Shown here one piece after another: positions 27,431 through 39,600 of a stretch of 64,000 bases of DNA; position 1 is the stretch's first letter; every line of letters starts with the position of its first letter. The notes below the pieces were generated by a model that made no database searches, was not told the DNA's origin, and worked only from the letters and a program-made list of their open reading frames with translations. A program made the translations under genes and the position numbers. The stretch is from Octopus sinensis. Lineage: Eukaryota. The DNA lies in NCBI RefSeq assembly GCF_006345805.1, contig NC_043008.1, positions 48,608,001-48,672,000 of the forward strand, given 5' to 3'.

Positions 27431-28300
27431 TACCCAAAAGATGGCCCAGTTGTACATTCATTTGATCATTTCATTATTTATTGAAATATTGTGGAAATTC
27501 TGCAACCCAGGTCAGCTAACCACTGTAATGTACTTGTTGCTGACCAGCTCCATTTTAACTCCTTCAAGCTGGATGCTGCAAATAAAGTGCCACTTATTTG
27601 TATCACTTTAATGAGCAACGATACATAATTCGTACCAAAACTTAAAATTCTTTTCGTTGCATGGTCGGTCGCTCAGAAAACGTACCCCTTCATCTATCAG
27701 CTAGTCAGAAGCTACCCTTACATCTGGCAACAATTTCTGCAACACAAATGGAATATTTTTTTCATTTGAATCCATTTTGTACCAAAGGTCAATTGATGAA
27801 AATTGATGAAAATTTTTGTTATAAAGTTTTGCCCTTTTAGAGATTTATTTCCTTTTTTTGTTTGGCCTGTCTATCTGGCCCCTGTAAGACTTAAAGGATA
27901 AACATGTAGACAAAAAGATTTTTTTGTTTTTACATTAAATAATAATGGAGGTTCAAAACTTATAGTTTGTCCATAAATGACTGGTGGAAGACAATTCTCC
28001 TATATTTTATTGTCATAGAACTCTGTGAAGCAAGAAAAGATATGGTTGTTTATAGCCTTAAGTCAAAGCATTTTGAGGTTTGTCAGTGCTTTGCTAATAA
28101 TGGGAAATAAACAATAATAATAAATAGTTTCAGGAAAATAGAATTCACTCTTTGAAGGTGATTGGAGCAGATTGAATTGAGCTTTAAATCAGATATAAAA
28201 CCAGCTTTCATTGTTCCTTCCTTTAAATAACCTCCATGTTGATATCTCTGTCTCTCTTATCTTTTCACTGTTGTTTTTTCTTTTCTTTTCTTTTTTCCAG

Positions 28301-28600
28301 GTTTTCTGGTGAAATTGAGTCAAGAACTTCTGCTCCAAGATTCTTTAAACAAATATGAAATTTTAAGAACTAAAGAAGGACATTATCAAGAATGATTTTG
28401 GCAATATTTCTGTAACTCTTGTTCAATTACTGGAAAATATTTGATTTACAATTAAGAGTAATTGTTTAATTGATTGAAAAATATATTGGCTGGGTGGTGG
28501 TGGTGGTGGTGGTTAAAACTGGAGAAATTTAAAATTAGACTTTAATTATAATTTTGTAGTGTTTGAGTTCTGTATTTGAAATATTGGTCAGAAAGGGATT
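28301..28600 (+). other. Splice acceptor and 5' UTR part of the ZNF-A coding exon
   Basis: Long pyrimidine tract + CAG|G at 28300; homologous to minus-strand 49735-50019 and 55355-55622. Confidence 0.8.
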
Positions 28601-29260
28601 ATGGAAGATAGACAGTGTGAGGGTCGAGTTAAAGGTGAAAAACTCTCTGAGAATATTGATCTCGCTGATGAACGATGCATCAATACAAAGAAAAAATTAA
28701 ATTGTGTTGATAAATCCAATCATGTCACTGAACGTAAGTTAAAAAACCGAAATTCACAGAGCTATTCCTGTGATGTTTGTGGTAAGACTTTCTCAAACAA
28801 AAATGGTATGCTTTTACATAAACAAAGTCATGTAGATGAGAAACCATACCACTGTGATATCTGTGGCAAAACATTCTCCCAGAAAGGTGGTATGATTGTA
28901 CACACACGCAGTCATACAGGTGAAAAACCATTCCCTTGTGATATTTGTGGCAAATCCTTTTCACAGAAAGGTGGTATGCTCCAGCACAAACGTATTCATA
29001 CAGGTGAGAAACCTTACCCCTGTGACATCTGTGGCAAGACATTCTCAAACAAAAGTGGTATGCTCGTTCACAAACGAATTCACACAGGTGAGAAGCCCTA
29101 CCCTTGTGATATCTGTGGCAAAACTTTTGTAAACAAAAGTAGTATGCTTGTCCATAAACGTATTCATACTGGGGAGAAACCTTACCATTGTGATATCTGT
29201 GGTGTATCTTTTACTCAGACTGGGGGTTTAACTTCTCACAGACGTGTTCACACAGGTTAA
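28601..29260 (+). CDS. C2H2 zinc-finger protein ZNF-A, 6 fingers, 219 aa
   Basis: Six CxxC-x12-HxxxH fingers, mostly with TGEKP linkers; intact ORF. Confidence 0.95.
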   Translation: MEDRQCEGRVKGEKLSENIDLADERCINTKKKLNCVDKSNHVTERKLKNRNSQSYSCDVCGKTFSNKNGMLLHKQSHVDEKPYHCDICGKTFSQKGGMIVHTRSHTGEKPFPCDICGKSFSQKGGMLQHKRIHTGEKPYPCDICGKTFSNKSGMLVHKRIHTGEKPYPCDICGKTFVNKSSMLVHKRIHTGEKPYHCDICGVSFTQTGGLTSHRRVHTG

Positions 29261-29933
29261 AAATGGTAATTCTGTAATAGTAGCACTACAGACAAACCCA
29301 AATTGGTCAAAACTCACAGAACTGGAATATAATCTTTGTTAAACCATGTCTAACTAGAATGGTCACACTCATTCCTCGTTGTCATTGTTGGTTTAATGTT
29401 TATTTTTCCATGCTTGCAAGGATCAGACAAAGATATTTGGGCAGAGTTTTCGGCAGTTGGATGCCTTTCCTGTCACCAACCTTTACTTGTTTCCAAGTTG
29501 TGTAATTTTCTCCCAGTCTGTCAAGCAACAAAAGGTCCAACATTGATAACATGGAGAAGTGGAAGCAAATGACATTGAAATGAGACTTTTGTTTACAAAG
29601 ATCAAATGTCAAGATGTTCAGAAACCTGGACATGCTTTTAGGGTGGACTGCATGCAGATAACACTGGTAGTGAAGCTACTGGTTACAACCAGTGACCAAA
29701 ACAAATGTGGTGGAGGGAAATAGAAAATTACACATACACACACACGTGTATGTGTGTGTGTGTGTATATATATATAGGGAGAGTTTATGAAAAAAACAAA
29801 AGACGAAAACAGGTAGTGTACAAAACAAACAGATGTATTAGTATAACACTCAAGAATAGAAAAAGTCTTTTATGTTTTGAGCCTTTTATGTTTGAGCTCT
29901 TCTACAGAAAGGGACACAGAAAAAACAAGGAAG

Positions 29934-29970
<37 letters not shown>

Positions 29971-29982
29971 TAATATCTTAGA

Positions 29983-30535
29983 GGTTCTAGGTCAACTGCC
30001 AGACAAGCAATTGCCCGACAGGCACTTTCACTTTATCTGTGATTTGGGTGAATCTTCCTGTACTCAAGAATTGTATTTTTCCTCAGTTTGCTGAAGCCAA
30101 GAACCACCAGGTGCCAAAAGGCCTTGGCTTTTGTGCCAGCAGTCAATGTTGTAACAGCATTTGAGCAATTACAAGAAAACTTGTGCCATGAAGCAGATCC
30201 AGTAATTGATTACGAGGAAGATGCTTATATCGGTAGAATATGACGGTGAAACAGAGGCAACCCACTCTTTCCTATTTGTGTGTGAAACATATATGACCAT
30301 GGATGCAATGATTTGCCATGAAAAATTAATTCCTTGGAGGGATGGCATAACCATTTACAAGTGAATATAACATCAGGTCATCCAAATATCTGGTGATTTC
30401 TTCAGGTATTGAAGATGGAAAAAGCTCTTAGCGATACAATCATCAACCAAATGCTAGCAGGACATCAGCCTTCACCCAAAAGGGAAAAAATTGCAATTGT
30501 CTGTCTCTTGTCATTTGGGCAGTTGTCTGGATACC
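29983..30535 (+). mobile_element. Internally deleted MULE transposon
   Basis: TIRs GGTTCTAGGTCAACTGCC / GGCAGTTGTCTGGATACC; remnant PLFP...NSLEGWHN...GHPNIW*FLQVLKME. Confidence 0.75.
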
Positions 30536-30544
30536 CTTAAACTG

Positions 30545-30880
30545 CTTTGAGGAATTTTAGTCAAATTAATCAACCTCATACTTATTTTTTTTCAAGTCTG
30601 GTATTTATTCTGTCAGTCTCTATTGCCAAACCGCTAAGTTACAGGGAGATAAACACACCAACAATACTTGTCAATTTGTGGTGGAGGACAAACACTGACA
30701 CAAAGACATACATTAATGTATATACATATGATGGGCTTCTTTTAGTTTTCATCTACTAAATCCACTCACAAGGCTTTGGTTGGCCCAGGGCTATAGTAGA
30801 AGACTCTTACCCAAGGTGCATGCAGTGGGACTGAACCTAAGACTTTGTGATTGGGAAAAAAATTCCTTAACACAGCCACA
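30545..30880 (-). mobile_element. SINE family 1
   Basis: Reverse-complement match to 800-1230. Confidence 0.8.
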
Positions 30881-30899
30881 AGTGCATCTAAATTCTAAA

Positions 30900-32620
30900 A
30901 CTGAACAGTGAGAATATTCTTTATTTGTGAGTTAAGAAGGTAACCAATGGTTTCATGTGGAAAGATCTTTACAATTATTCAAGCATGCCACATGGAAGTG
31001 TTGGTACTTGTTTCCATTTTGAATGAGAATACACTAGGTTACACACGGGTAAATGGGATTTCAAAATAAATATAGAGCTTACAGGAGGTAACTTATCTGA
31101 ATTGTTATCTCCCTTGCATCAGCTCTGGATTTTTGCAAGAAAGTGTGCTCAGCTTAGATTAATTCTTTAATTATCATATACAAGAATGCTTGTGCATGCC
31201 CATACTTATAAATATATATATGTACACATACACACACATGCACATATAAAAATATACACACTCATACACCAGCAACATATGTTTTGTTCATGTTTGAGTA
31301 TGTGCATATAATTATTTGTGGGCTTTCATAGACGTTTTGGTCAAACTTAGTCCAGAGAGTTGTTATTTCATAAGCTGATATACATGTTTTCCCTTTGAAT
31401 TGTAATGTCGTGTATATGTGCTATACATGTAAATCTGTGTAGTTAGGGGATCCAGCATAAGTTCATAGGAATATATGTCTTAATTGTATAATAAAGCATG
31501 ATGTGCATCACATTTCTAAACCATACTTTCAAAAAGGCAGCTCTGTGTTGCAATGCCACGTTAGAAAGTTCCAATTTTAAGAAAAGCTTAATCTATGTGA
31601 ACAGAGGAAAATATCATGGTATAATTCTCCATACAGCATGAATGTGACCATGAACATAGCTAGAAAATTTCTGAAACTCATAAATATACACTTCCCACAC
31701 TCACATAAATACTGCAAAATCTTCAATAGAAATATAGTTAAAGTTACCTACACTTGCCTCTCCAACGAATGATTGATGATTTTTAATCAAAATACGAATA
31801 ATAACATAAGGACCCACCACCACCACCAAAGACCCTGTCATTGTAGATCCCAGATAACTCCTCAGAACAATAGGTATCCAGAAAAAGTAGTGTACAAGGC
31901 CAGTACCATGGACTTGAACTGAACAAAAAAAATTTGGAATGACAGGAAATACCTTTAAGAAGGGAGATGGTCAGCATTTGGCTTTGATCAGAGAAAGACA
32001 AAAGGCATACATGTTTATCGAATATGGTATGGAGACTAAAAAAGAGGGATGTGAATAACCGGAGCATCATAGCTAAGATTATGGGGATGTGGCAGCAAAT
32101 GCAACCTCTGTATCGCAGAAAAATGAAATATTGTAACATCAATGAATGTTTAAGTTTTAGAGAGGAAACCTCTTTCATAAGAAACAATTCATACATTGAA
32201 ATTTCAAGCATGAAACTCTAACCAACCTTGTTAAATATGTGTGTGTGCATGTTTATGTATGTGTGTGTACTTTTATATTTTTTATAAGTGTGCTTATATA
32301 TATACATATATATGTAAATATAGCATGCACAAGCATTCTTGCATATGTCAAGCTATTAATCTCTGGTGAAAGGCAATTTCTTGCCAAACTTCAAGGCTGG
32401 TGCAAGGGAGATAACAATTAAGATAGTTGTATAAGTTACCTCCTAAGATCTGTTTTTATTTCAAAATCCCGTTTAGTCTTCTACATTCTCATCCAGAATG
32501 GAGATGAATACCAACACTTCCATGTGGCATGCTTCAGCAGTTATGAAGATCTCTTCTTATGAAAGCATCGGGTGTCTTATTAACCCACAAATACAGGGTC
32601 TATGGATATATTTCTGTGAT
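30900..32620. repeat. Diverged ~300-350 bp inverted repeats around a ~1 kb core
   Basis: GCATGCCACATGGAAGTGTTGGTA / TACCAACACTTCCATGTGGCATGC and TTGTTATCTCCCTTGCA / TGCAAGGGAGATAACAA. Confidence 0.75.
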
Positions 32621-33544
32621 CATGCAGTCAGTCGTAGTAACTATGACTTCCTGGCTTTGACAGGATTTCATAAGATTTCTCATTCCTCGCTGGGTTTTTT
32701 TTTTGAGTTTGCCATTTGTTATGATCAGTTCTTTTTTGCAATCGCTTTGAACCTCAATCCAAGTCTTTCATGGTTTCTTTCCCCGTTGCATTGTTGGGAA
32801 TAAACAAAGTTACCTGGAGAGTCTGCTGTTGTCTATCATGTGCATGTGTTCCAACCAGTGCAAATATCTGTCAACGAGGATTTCCATCACTGGAGAGAGA
32901 CCAGCATCCTGGAGAATCTCTTTTATTCCTGATCTTGCCAATAAGTGTGATGTTCATAATTTGTCATCATATTTGCAACTACTTCAAGCTTTATAGACTG
33001 TCCAGTCGTCAGCAATGAAGAGCTCCTGCTGCTGCATGCTGCTCTATTTCTCTCTGCCCACCCCCCTCCCTCACTACCCCCACTCTACTCTGTTTAAGCC
33101 TTTATATTTGTAAACATTGTTAGAAAATAAACATTTGTCTTCTTCTCTTGAGAAGGGACACCTAACCTACTTTAACAATTTCATTGAGATGTGTTGCAAT
33201 GCATACATGTATGACATAATGCACGTATTGCATATGAATATGATTATTATATAAGTTATGGCTGTCTTGAAACAGCTGTCGGGATAAAACTTCACGAAAT
33301 TCATCTGTTCTTTTTGTTACCTTTTTTTCTTTGTTATCTATAATTTTTCTGCTCCATGTAAATATATGTTTTGAGCTTACCTGCATTTATTCACCTTCCT
33401 ACCTCTATAACAGATCAATAAGGATTGTTCTTATAATTGAACTTCAATGCAGATGCATTGGCCTTGTATGAAAAGGTTGGAGTGTAACTTCTCATCTGTT
33501 GCACCATTACATCTGGGTTATTTATGCTAAGCTAATTTCATTTT

Positions 33545-33612
<68 letters not shown>

Positions 33613-33630
33613 TAGACACACACACACACA

Positions 33631-33668
<38 letters not shown>

Positions 33669-33678
33669 TACACACACA

Positions 33679-34560
33679 CAAGGTGTTTCAGAAAAGTTGA
33701 TATCATTTAAGATGTAAATATCACAGAAACTACGAAGTGAAAGCAACTGAAACTAATCAGGTTTAATGTTGGGCAACATAAGATTTATTCCTCCAAATTT
33801 AAGTGAGAAATTCAAGGGAATGTGGATTCCATGAGCGATTTTACAAATGTTCAATATGCGTATCACCTGAGACACGCCACATGTCAAGTCAGTAGTCCAG
33901 CTCTTCTCAAACACGCTGCAGCATGTCTTGGGTAACAGTCTCCAGTGTGGTAGTGATTCCCTGCTCGAGTTCCTCTAGGTTTGCAGGAAGAGGGGGGGAC
34001 ATAGACCAGGCCCTTCATGTAGTCCCATGTTTGCACTTTTGCTTGTCATCTGCCGTTAAGGCCTGAACGAGCTGTAGCTTGTAGGGTTTCATTAGCAAGC
34101 ATTTCCTCAGGACGCACCAAACTGTCATTGGAGGAATCTGGGTTTCCAGACTTGTTCTTCTTAAGGACTTCTTGGCGCTTCGCATGAGTTTTTGGCAAAC
34201 CCACTCAACCATCTCTTCCGATATTAGTGGTGGTCCAGATCCTTTTACTCTGCACAGAAAGCCTTCCTATTTGAAGTTTTGGGGCCATGTCCAAATCTGC
34301 ATTGCCGTTGGTGACTTTTAAGAGAACTCTCTCACAAATGCAGTTTTGTTCGACTGTGTTCGAGAATACTCCAACACACAAAACGCTTTTTCTCTTCTGG
34401 TGAATGCCATTTCTATACCTGAAAAGATAGACATATCAAACATTAAACATAAAATTTCGACCTGTTTCTTCAAATGCTGTTAAAATTTAAAGTCATTTGA
34501 ACAAGAACTGGTAAAAGTATTACATCGTTGAAATGATATCGAATTTTTTGAAGCACCCTG
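33679..34560 (-). mobile_element. Tc1/mariner-superfamily deletion derivative
   Basis: TIRs CAAGGTGTTTCAGAAAAGTTGATATCATTT / AAATGATATCGAATTTTTTGAAGCACCCTG; remnant TVWCVLRKCLLMKPYKLQLVQAL. Confidence 0.85.
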
Positions 34561-34581
34561 TATATATTTATATTTATATTA

Positions 34582-34860
34582 TCCTTTACTTGTTTAAGTC
34601 ATTAGGCTGCGGCCATGGTGAGGCACTGACTTGATGAATTTTTAGTTGAATAAATCAACCCCAGTGCTTCTTTTTTAAGCCTGGTTATATTCTATTGGTC
34701 TGTTTTGCTGAACTACTAAGTTACAGGGATGTAACCACACCAACACCAGTTGTCAAGCAGTGGTGGGGGGGGGGATCAAACACACACATAACAATGCAGT
34801 GGGACTGAACTCGGAACCATGTAGCTGGGAAGCAAGCTTCTTACCACACAGCCATGCCTA
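34582..34860 (-). mobile_element. SINE family 1, internally deleted
   Basis: Reverse-complement match to both ends of 800-1230. Confidence 0.7.
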
Positions 34861-35129
34861 TACACACATCATCTTTTAACAGTCATTTTGCATGGGTCAC
34901 AGATTTTGACAGCATCCAAAACATCCAACGATTGCATTGTGCTTCAGTGTCCACATTGGCATCGTTTCTTCAGCTGGGTGGGTTTTTTTGTTTCATTCTA
35001 TGGCCGTAGCACTTGTTAATTTGCCATGCAACCTGTGAGTCTAAGATTCCTTTCAACTCAGTAGACTGCAGTCAGCTTACATTCATGCATTTATTCATTC
35101 ATTAAAAAACACCATTTGAGCATGGACCT

Positions 35130-35350
35130 TGCCAGAACCCCTTAACTGGCCCTCATGCCAGTGGCACATAAAAGCACCCACTACACTCCCAGAGTGGTTG
35201 GCTTTAGGAAGGGCATCCAGCTGTAGAAACCCTGCTGGATCAGAGTGGAGCCTGGTGCAGCCTTCTGGCTCACCAGTCCTCAGTCAAACCATCCAACCCA
35301 TGCCAGTATGGAAAGCGGACGTTAAACGACGATAATGATGATGATGATGA
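35130..35350 (+). mobile_element. RTE 3' tail
   Basis: GTGGCACATAAAAGCACC...GGAAAGCGGACGTTAAACGACGAT(GAT)n. Confidence 0.8.
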
Positions 35351-35814
35351 TTTATTTATTTTATACACTGCTAAAGTTTGTTCTACTTTGTGTGCTCTGA
35401 GAAATAAAGGAAGATTCTATATCAGACTTATCGTGAATATATTCTGTTGTGAGACTAAAACTCCTTGTTTACAGTTTAAGGAAGGCAACCTTTTAAAACC
35501 ATGAAAAACGAAACTCTTTTGTAACAGAACTTTGTGCAAGAATTCAAAAAACTAATTTCACTGTTTACTTTGAACAGATGTAAATATAACTCAACATGAT
35601 AAAAGAAAGGAAAAGCCCAGCACCTATTGGATGTACCAAATTGAACTTCCAGACTTTGTTGTAGAATTCTTTTCAATTTGTTCGTGAATGTGAATATGAA
35701 ATTACATACAAAGGTCCAAATCTGCTGAAAATGGTAAAAGAACTGGTGCAATGTTTCATTAGATTTCATAAACTTACATGATTATTTCTTTAAATTTATT
35801 ATATTTTTGATTCT

Positions 35815-36412
35815 ATTACCCGTTTCAGTCATTAGACTATGGCCATGCTGGGGCTCAGCCTTGAAGAATCGATTTTGGTAGTTTTACATTTTAAGCCTGA
35901 TACTTATTCTATCGATCTCTTTTACTGAACTGCTAGGCTACAGGGACATAAACAAAACAACACTGGTTGCCAAACAGTGGTGGGAGACAAACACCATCAC
36001 AAACATACACGTACACACATGATTATATACATACAGTAATATATATATATTATATACACACAGTAATCCCTTGCCATTTCACGGTTCACCTTTCGCAGTC
36101 TATTATTTAAGCTTATGTCGATTCCTCCACTTTGTTGTTTGCTTTATAATAAAATAAATATATACAAATTATAAAAAATAATTTTTTAAAAAATATGTAG
36201 TACAGTACTGTTTCTATTTCATGGATTTTCACCTATCACGGGAGGATTTTGGAACTTAACACCAGCAGTAATCAAGGGCTTACTGTATGTGACTAGCTTC
36301 TTTTAGTTTCCACCTACAAAATCCACTCACAAGGCTTTGGTCAACCTTTGACTATGGAAGGAAGCACTTGCTTAAGATGCTATGCAGTGGGACTGAACCT
36401 GGATCCATGTGG
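35815..36412 (-). mobile_element. SINE family 1 interrupted by a Tigger/pogo-like MITE (36061-36285)
   Basis: MITE TIRs CAGTAATCCCTTG / CAAGGGCTTACTG inside the SINE microsatellite region. Confidence 0.7.
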
Positions 36413-36650
36413 TTTTCGTTGATTTTTTAATCAAAGTAAACTAAACGAAGATCAACAGAGCTGAAATGGTGATTTCCATAAGTTTGGTTCAAAACATAAC
36501 TATTAAATAAAATAGGAAAAGAATCTAGTTGCATGTATTTAATAGTAGGAGATGTGCAGCCAAGACAAGGCCGAACCTCCGTGTGTCATCATAACTGTAG
36601 AATGCCATGATTGATGATATAAATCGTTCCATCAAGGAGGAGAGTGATTC

Positions 36651-39600
36651 CAAGCCTGACAGATCACCATTCATTGTGTCCCCTCAAGCCTGAAGGATCA
36701 ACATTCAATCTGTCCCCTCAAGCCAGAAGGATCACCATTCATTCTGTGCCCTCAAGCTTGAAGGATCACCATTCATTCTGTCACCTCAGGCCTGAAGGAT
36801 CGCCATTCATTCTGTCCCCTCAAGCCTGAAGGATCACCATTCATTCTGTCCCCTCAAGCCTGAAGGATCACCATTCATTCTGTCCCCTCAAGCCTGAAGG
36901 ATCAACATTCATTCTGTCCCCGAAGGATCACCATTCATTCTGTCCCCGAAGGATCACCATTCATTCTGTCCCCTCAAGCCTGAAGGATCACCATTCATTG
37001 TGTCCCCTCAAGCCTGAAGGATCACCATTCATTCTGTCCCCTCAAGGCTGAAGGATCACCATTCATTGTGTCCCCTCAAGCCTGAAGGATCACCATTCAT
37101 TCTGTCCCCTCAAGCCTGAAGGATCACCATTCATTGTGTCCCCTCAAGCCTGAAGGATCACCATTCATTCTGTCCCCTCAAGCCTGACGGATCACCATTC
37201 ATTGTGTCCCCTCAAGCCTGAAGGATCAACATTCAATCTGTCCCCTCAAGCCAGAAGGATCACCATTCATTCTGTGCCCTCAAGCTTGAAGGATCACCAT
37301 TCATTCTGTCCCCTCAGGCCTGAAGGATCGCCATTCATTCTGTCCCTCAAGCCTGAAGGATCACCATTCATTGTGTCCCCTCAAGCCTGAAGGATCACCA
37401 TTCATTCTGTCCCCTCAAGTGTGAAGGATCACCATTCATTCTGTCCCCTCAAGCATGAAGGATCACCATTCATTCTGTCCCTCAAGCCTGAAGGATCACC
37501 ATTCATTGTGTCCCCTCAAGCCTGAAGGATCACCATTCATTCTGTCCCCTCAAACCTGAAGGATCACCATTCATTCTCTCCCCTCAAGCCTGAAGGATCA
37601 CCATTCATTCTGTCCCCTCAAGCCTGAAGGATCACCATTCATTCTGTCCCCTCAAGCCTGAAGGATCACCATTCATTCTGTCCCCTCAAGCCTGAAGGAT
37701 CACCATTCCTTCTGTCCCCTCAAGCTTGAAGGATCACCATTCATTCTGTCCCCTCAAGCCTGAAGGATCACCATTCATTCTGTCCCCTCAAGCCTGAAGG
37801 ATCACCATTCATTCTGTCCCCTCAAGCATGAAGGATCACCATTCATTGTGTCCCCTCAAGCCTGAAGGATCACCATTCATTCTGTCCCCTCAAGCCTGAA
37901 GGATCACCATTCATTGTGTCCCCTCAAGCCTGAAGGATCACCATTCATTCTGTCCCCTCAGGCCTGAAGGATCACCATTCATTCTGTCCCCTCAAGCCTG
38001 AAGGATCACCATTCATTCTGCCCCCTCAAGCCTGAAGGATCACCATTCATTCTGTCCCCTCAAGCCTGAAGGATCACCATTCATTCTGTCCCCTCAAGCC
38101 TGAAGGATCACCATTCATTCTGTCCCCTCAAGCCTGAAGGATCACCATTCATTCTGTCCCCTCAAGCCTGAAGGATCACCATTATTTCTGTCCCATCAAG
38201 CCTGAAGGATCACCATTCATTCTGTCCCCTCAAGCTTGAAGGATCACCATTCATTGTGTCCCCTCAAGCCTGAAGGATCACCATTCATTCTGTGCCCTCA
38301 AGGCTGAAGGATCACCATTTATTGTGTCCCCTCAAGCCTGAAGGATCACCATTCATTCTGTCCCCTCAAGCCTGAAGGATCACAATTCATTCTGTCCCAT
38401 CAAGCCTGAAAGATCACCATTCATTCTGTGCCCTCAAGCCTGAAGGATCACCATTCATTCTGTCCCCTCAAGCCTGAAGGATCACCATTCATTCTGTCCC
38501 CTCAAGCCTGAAGGATCACCATTCATTCTGTCCCCTCAAGCCTGAAGGATCACCATTCATTGTCCCCTCAAGCCTGAAGGATCACATTCATTCTGTCCCC
38601 TCAAGCCTGAAGGATCACCATTCATTCTGTCCCTCAAGCCTGAAGGATCACCATTCATTCTGTCCCCTCAAGCCTGAAGGATCACCATTCATTCTGTCCC
38701 CTCAGGCCTGAGGATCACCATTCATTCTGTCCCCTCAAGCTTGAAGGATCACCATTCATTCTGTCCCCTCAAGCCTGAAGGATCACCATTCATTCTGTCC
38801 CCTCAAGCCTGAAGATCACCATTCATTTCATTCTGTCCCCTCAAGCCTGAAGGATCACCATTCATTCTGTCCCCTCAAGCCTGAAGGATCACCATTCATT
38901 CTGTCCCCTCAAGCCTGAAGGATCACCATTCATTCTGTCCCCTCAAGCCTGAAGGATCACCATTCATTCTCTCCCCTCAAGGCTGAAGGATCACCATTTA
39001 TTGTGTCCCCTCAAGCCTGAAGGATCACCATTCATTCTGTTCCCTCAAGCCTGAAGGATCACAATTCATTCTGTCCCATCAAGCCTGAAGGATCACCATT
39101 CATTCTGTGCCCTCAAGCCTGAAGGATCACCATTTATTGTGTCCCCTCAAGCCTGAAGGATCACCATTCATTCTGTCCCCTCAAGCCTGAAGGATCACCA
39201 TTCATTGTGTCCCCTCAAGCCTGAAGGATCACCATTCATTCTGTCCCCTCAAGCCTGAAGGATCACCATTCATTCTGTGCCCTCAAGCCTGAAGGATCAC
39301 CATTCATTCTGTCCCCTCAGCCTGAAGGATCACCATTCATTCTGTCCCTCAAGCCTGAAGGATCACCATTCATTCTGTCCCCCAAGCCTGAAGGATCACC
39401 ATTCATTCTGTCCCCTCAAGCCTGAAGGATCACCATTCATTCTGTCCCCTCAAGCCTGAAGATCACCATTCATTCTGTCCCTCAAGCCTGAAGGATCAAC
39501 ATTCATCTGTCCCCTCAAGCCTGAAGGATCACCATTCATTCTGTCCCCTCAAGCCTGAAGGATCACCATTCATTCTGTCCCCTCAAGCCTGAAGGATCAC

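Noticed and set aside
28301-28395. Conserved N-terminal effector domain (FLVKLSQELLLQDS...) for the ZNFs
   Set aside because: Ends in TGA well before the ZNF start, and acceptor phase differs between paralogs; conservation is explained by DNA-level identity
29855-29915. Third hammerhead-like motif on the minus strand (CTGTAGA-AGAGC...GCTC-AAAA)
   Set aside because: Both core halves deviate from CUGANGA/GAAA; at best a dead Penelope-type remnant
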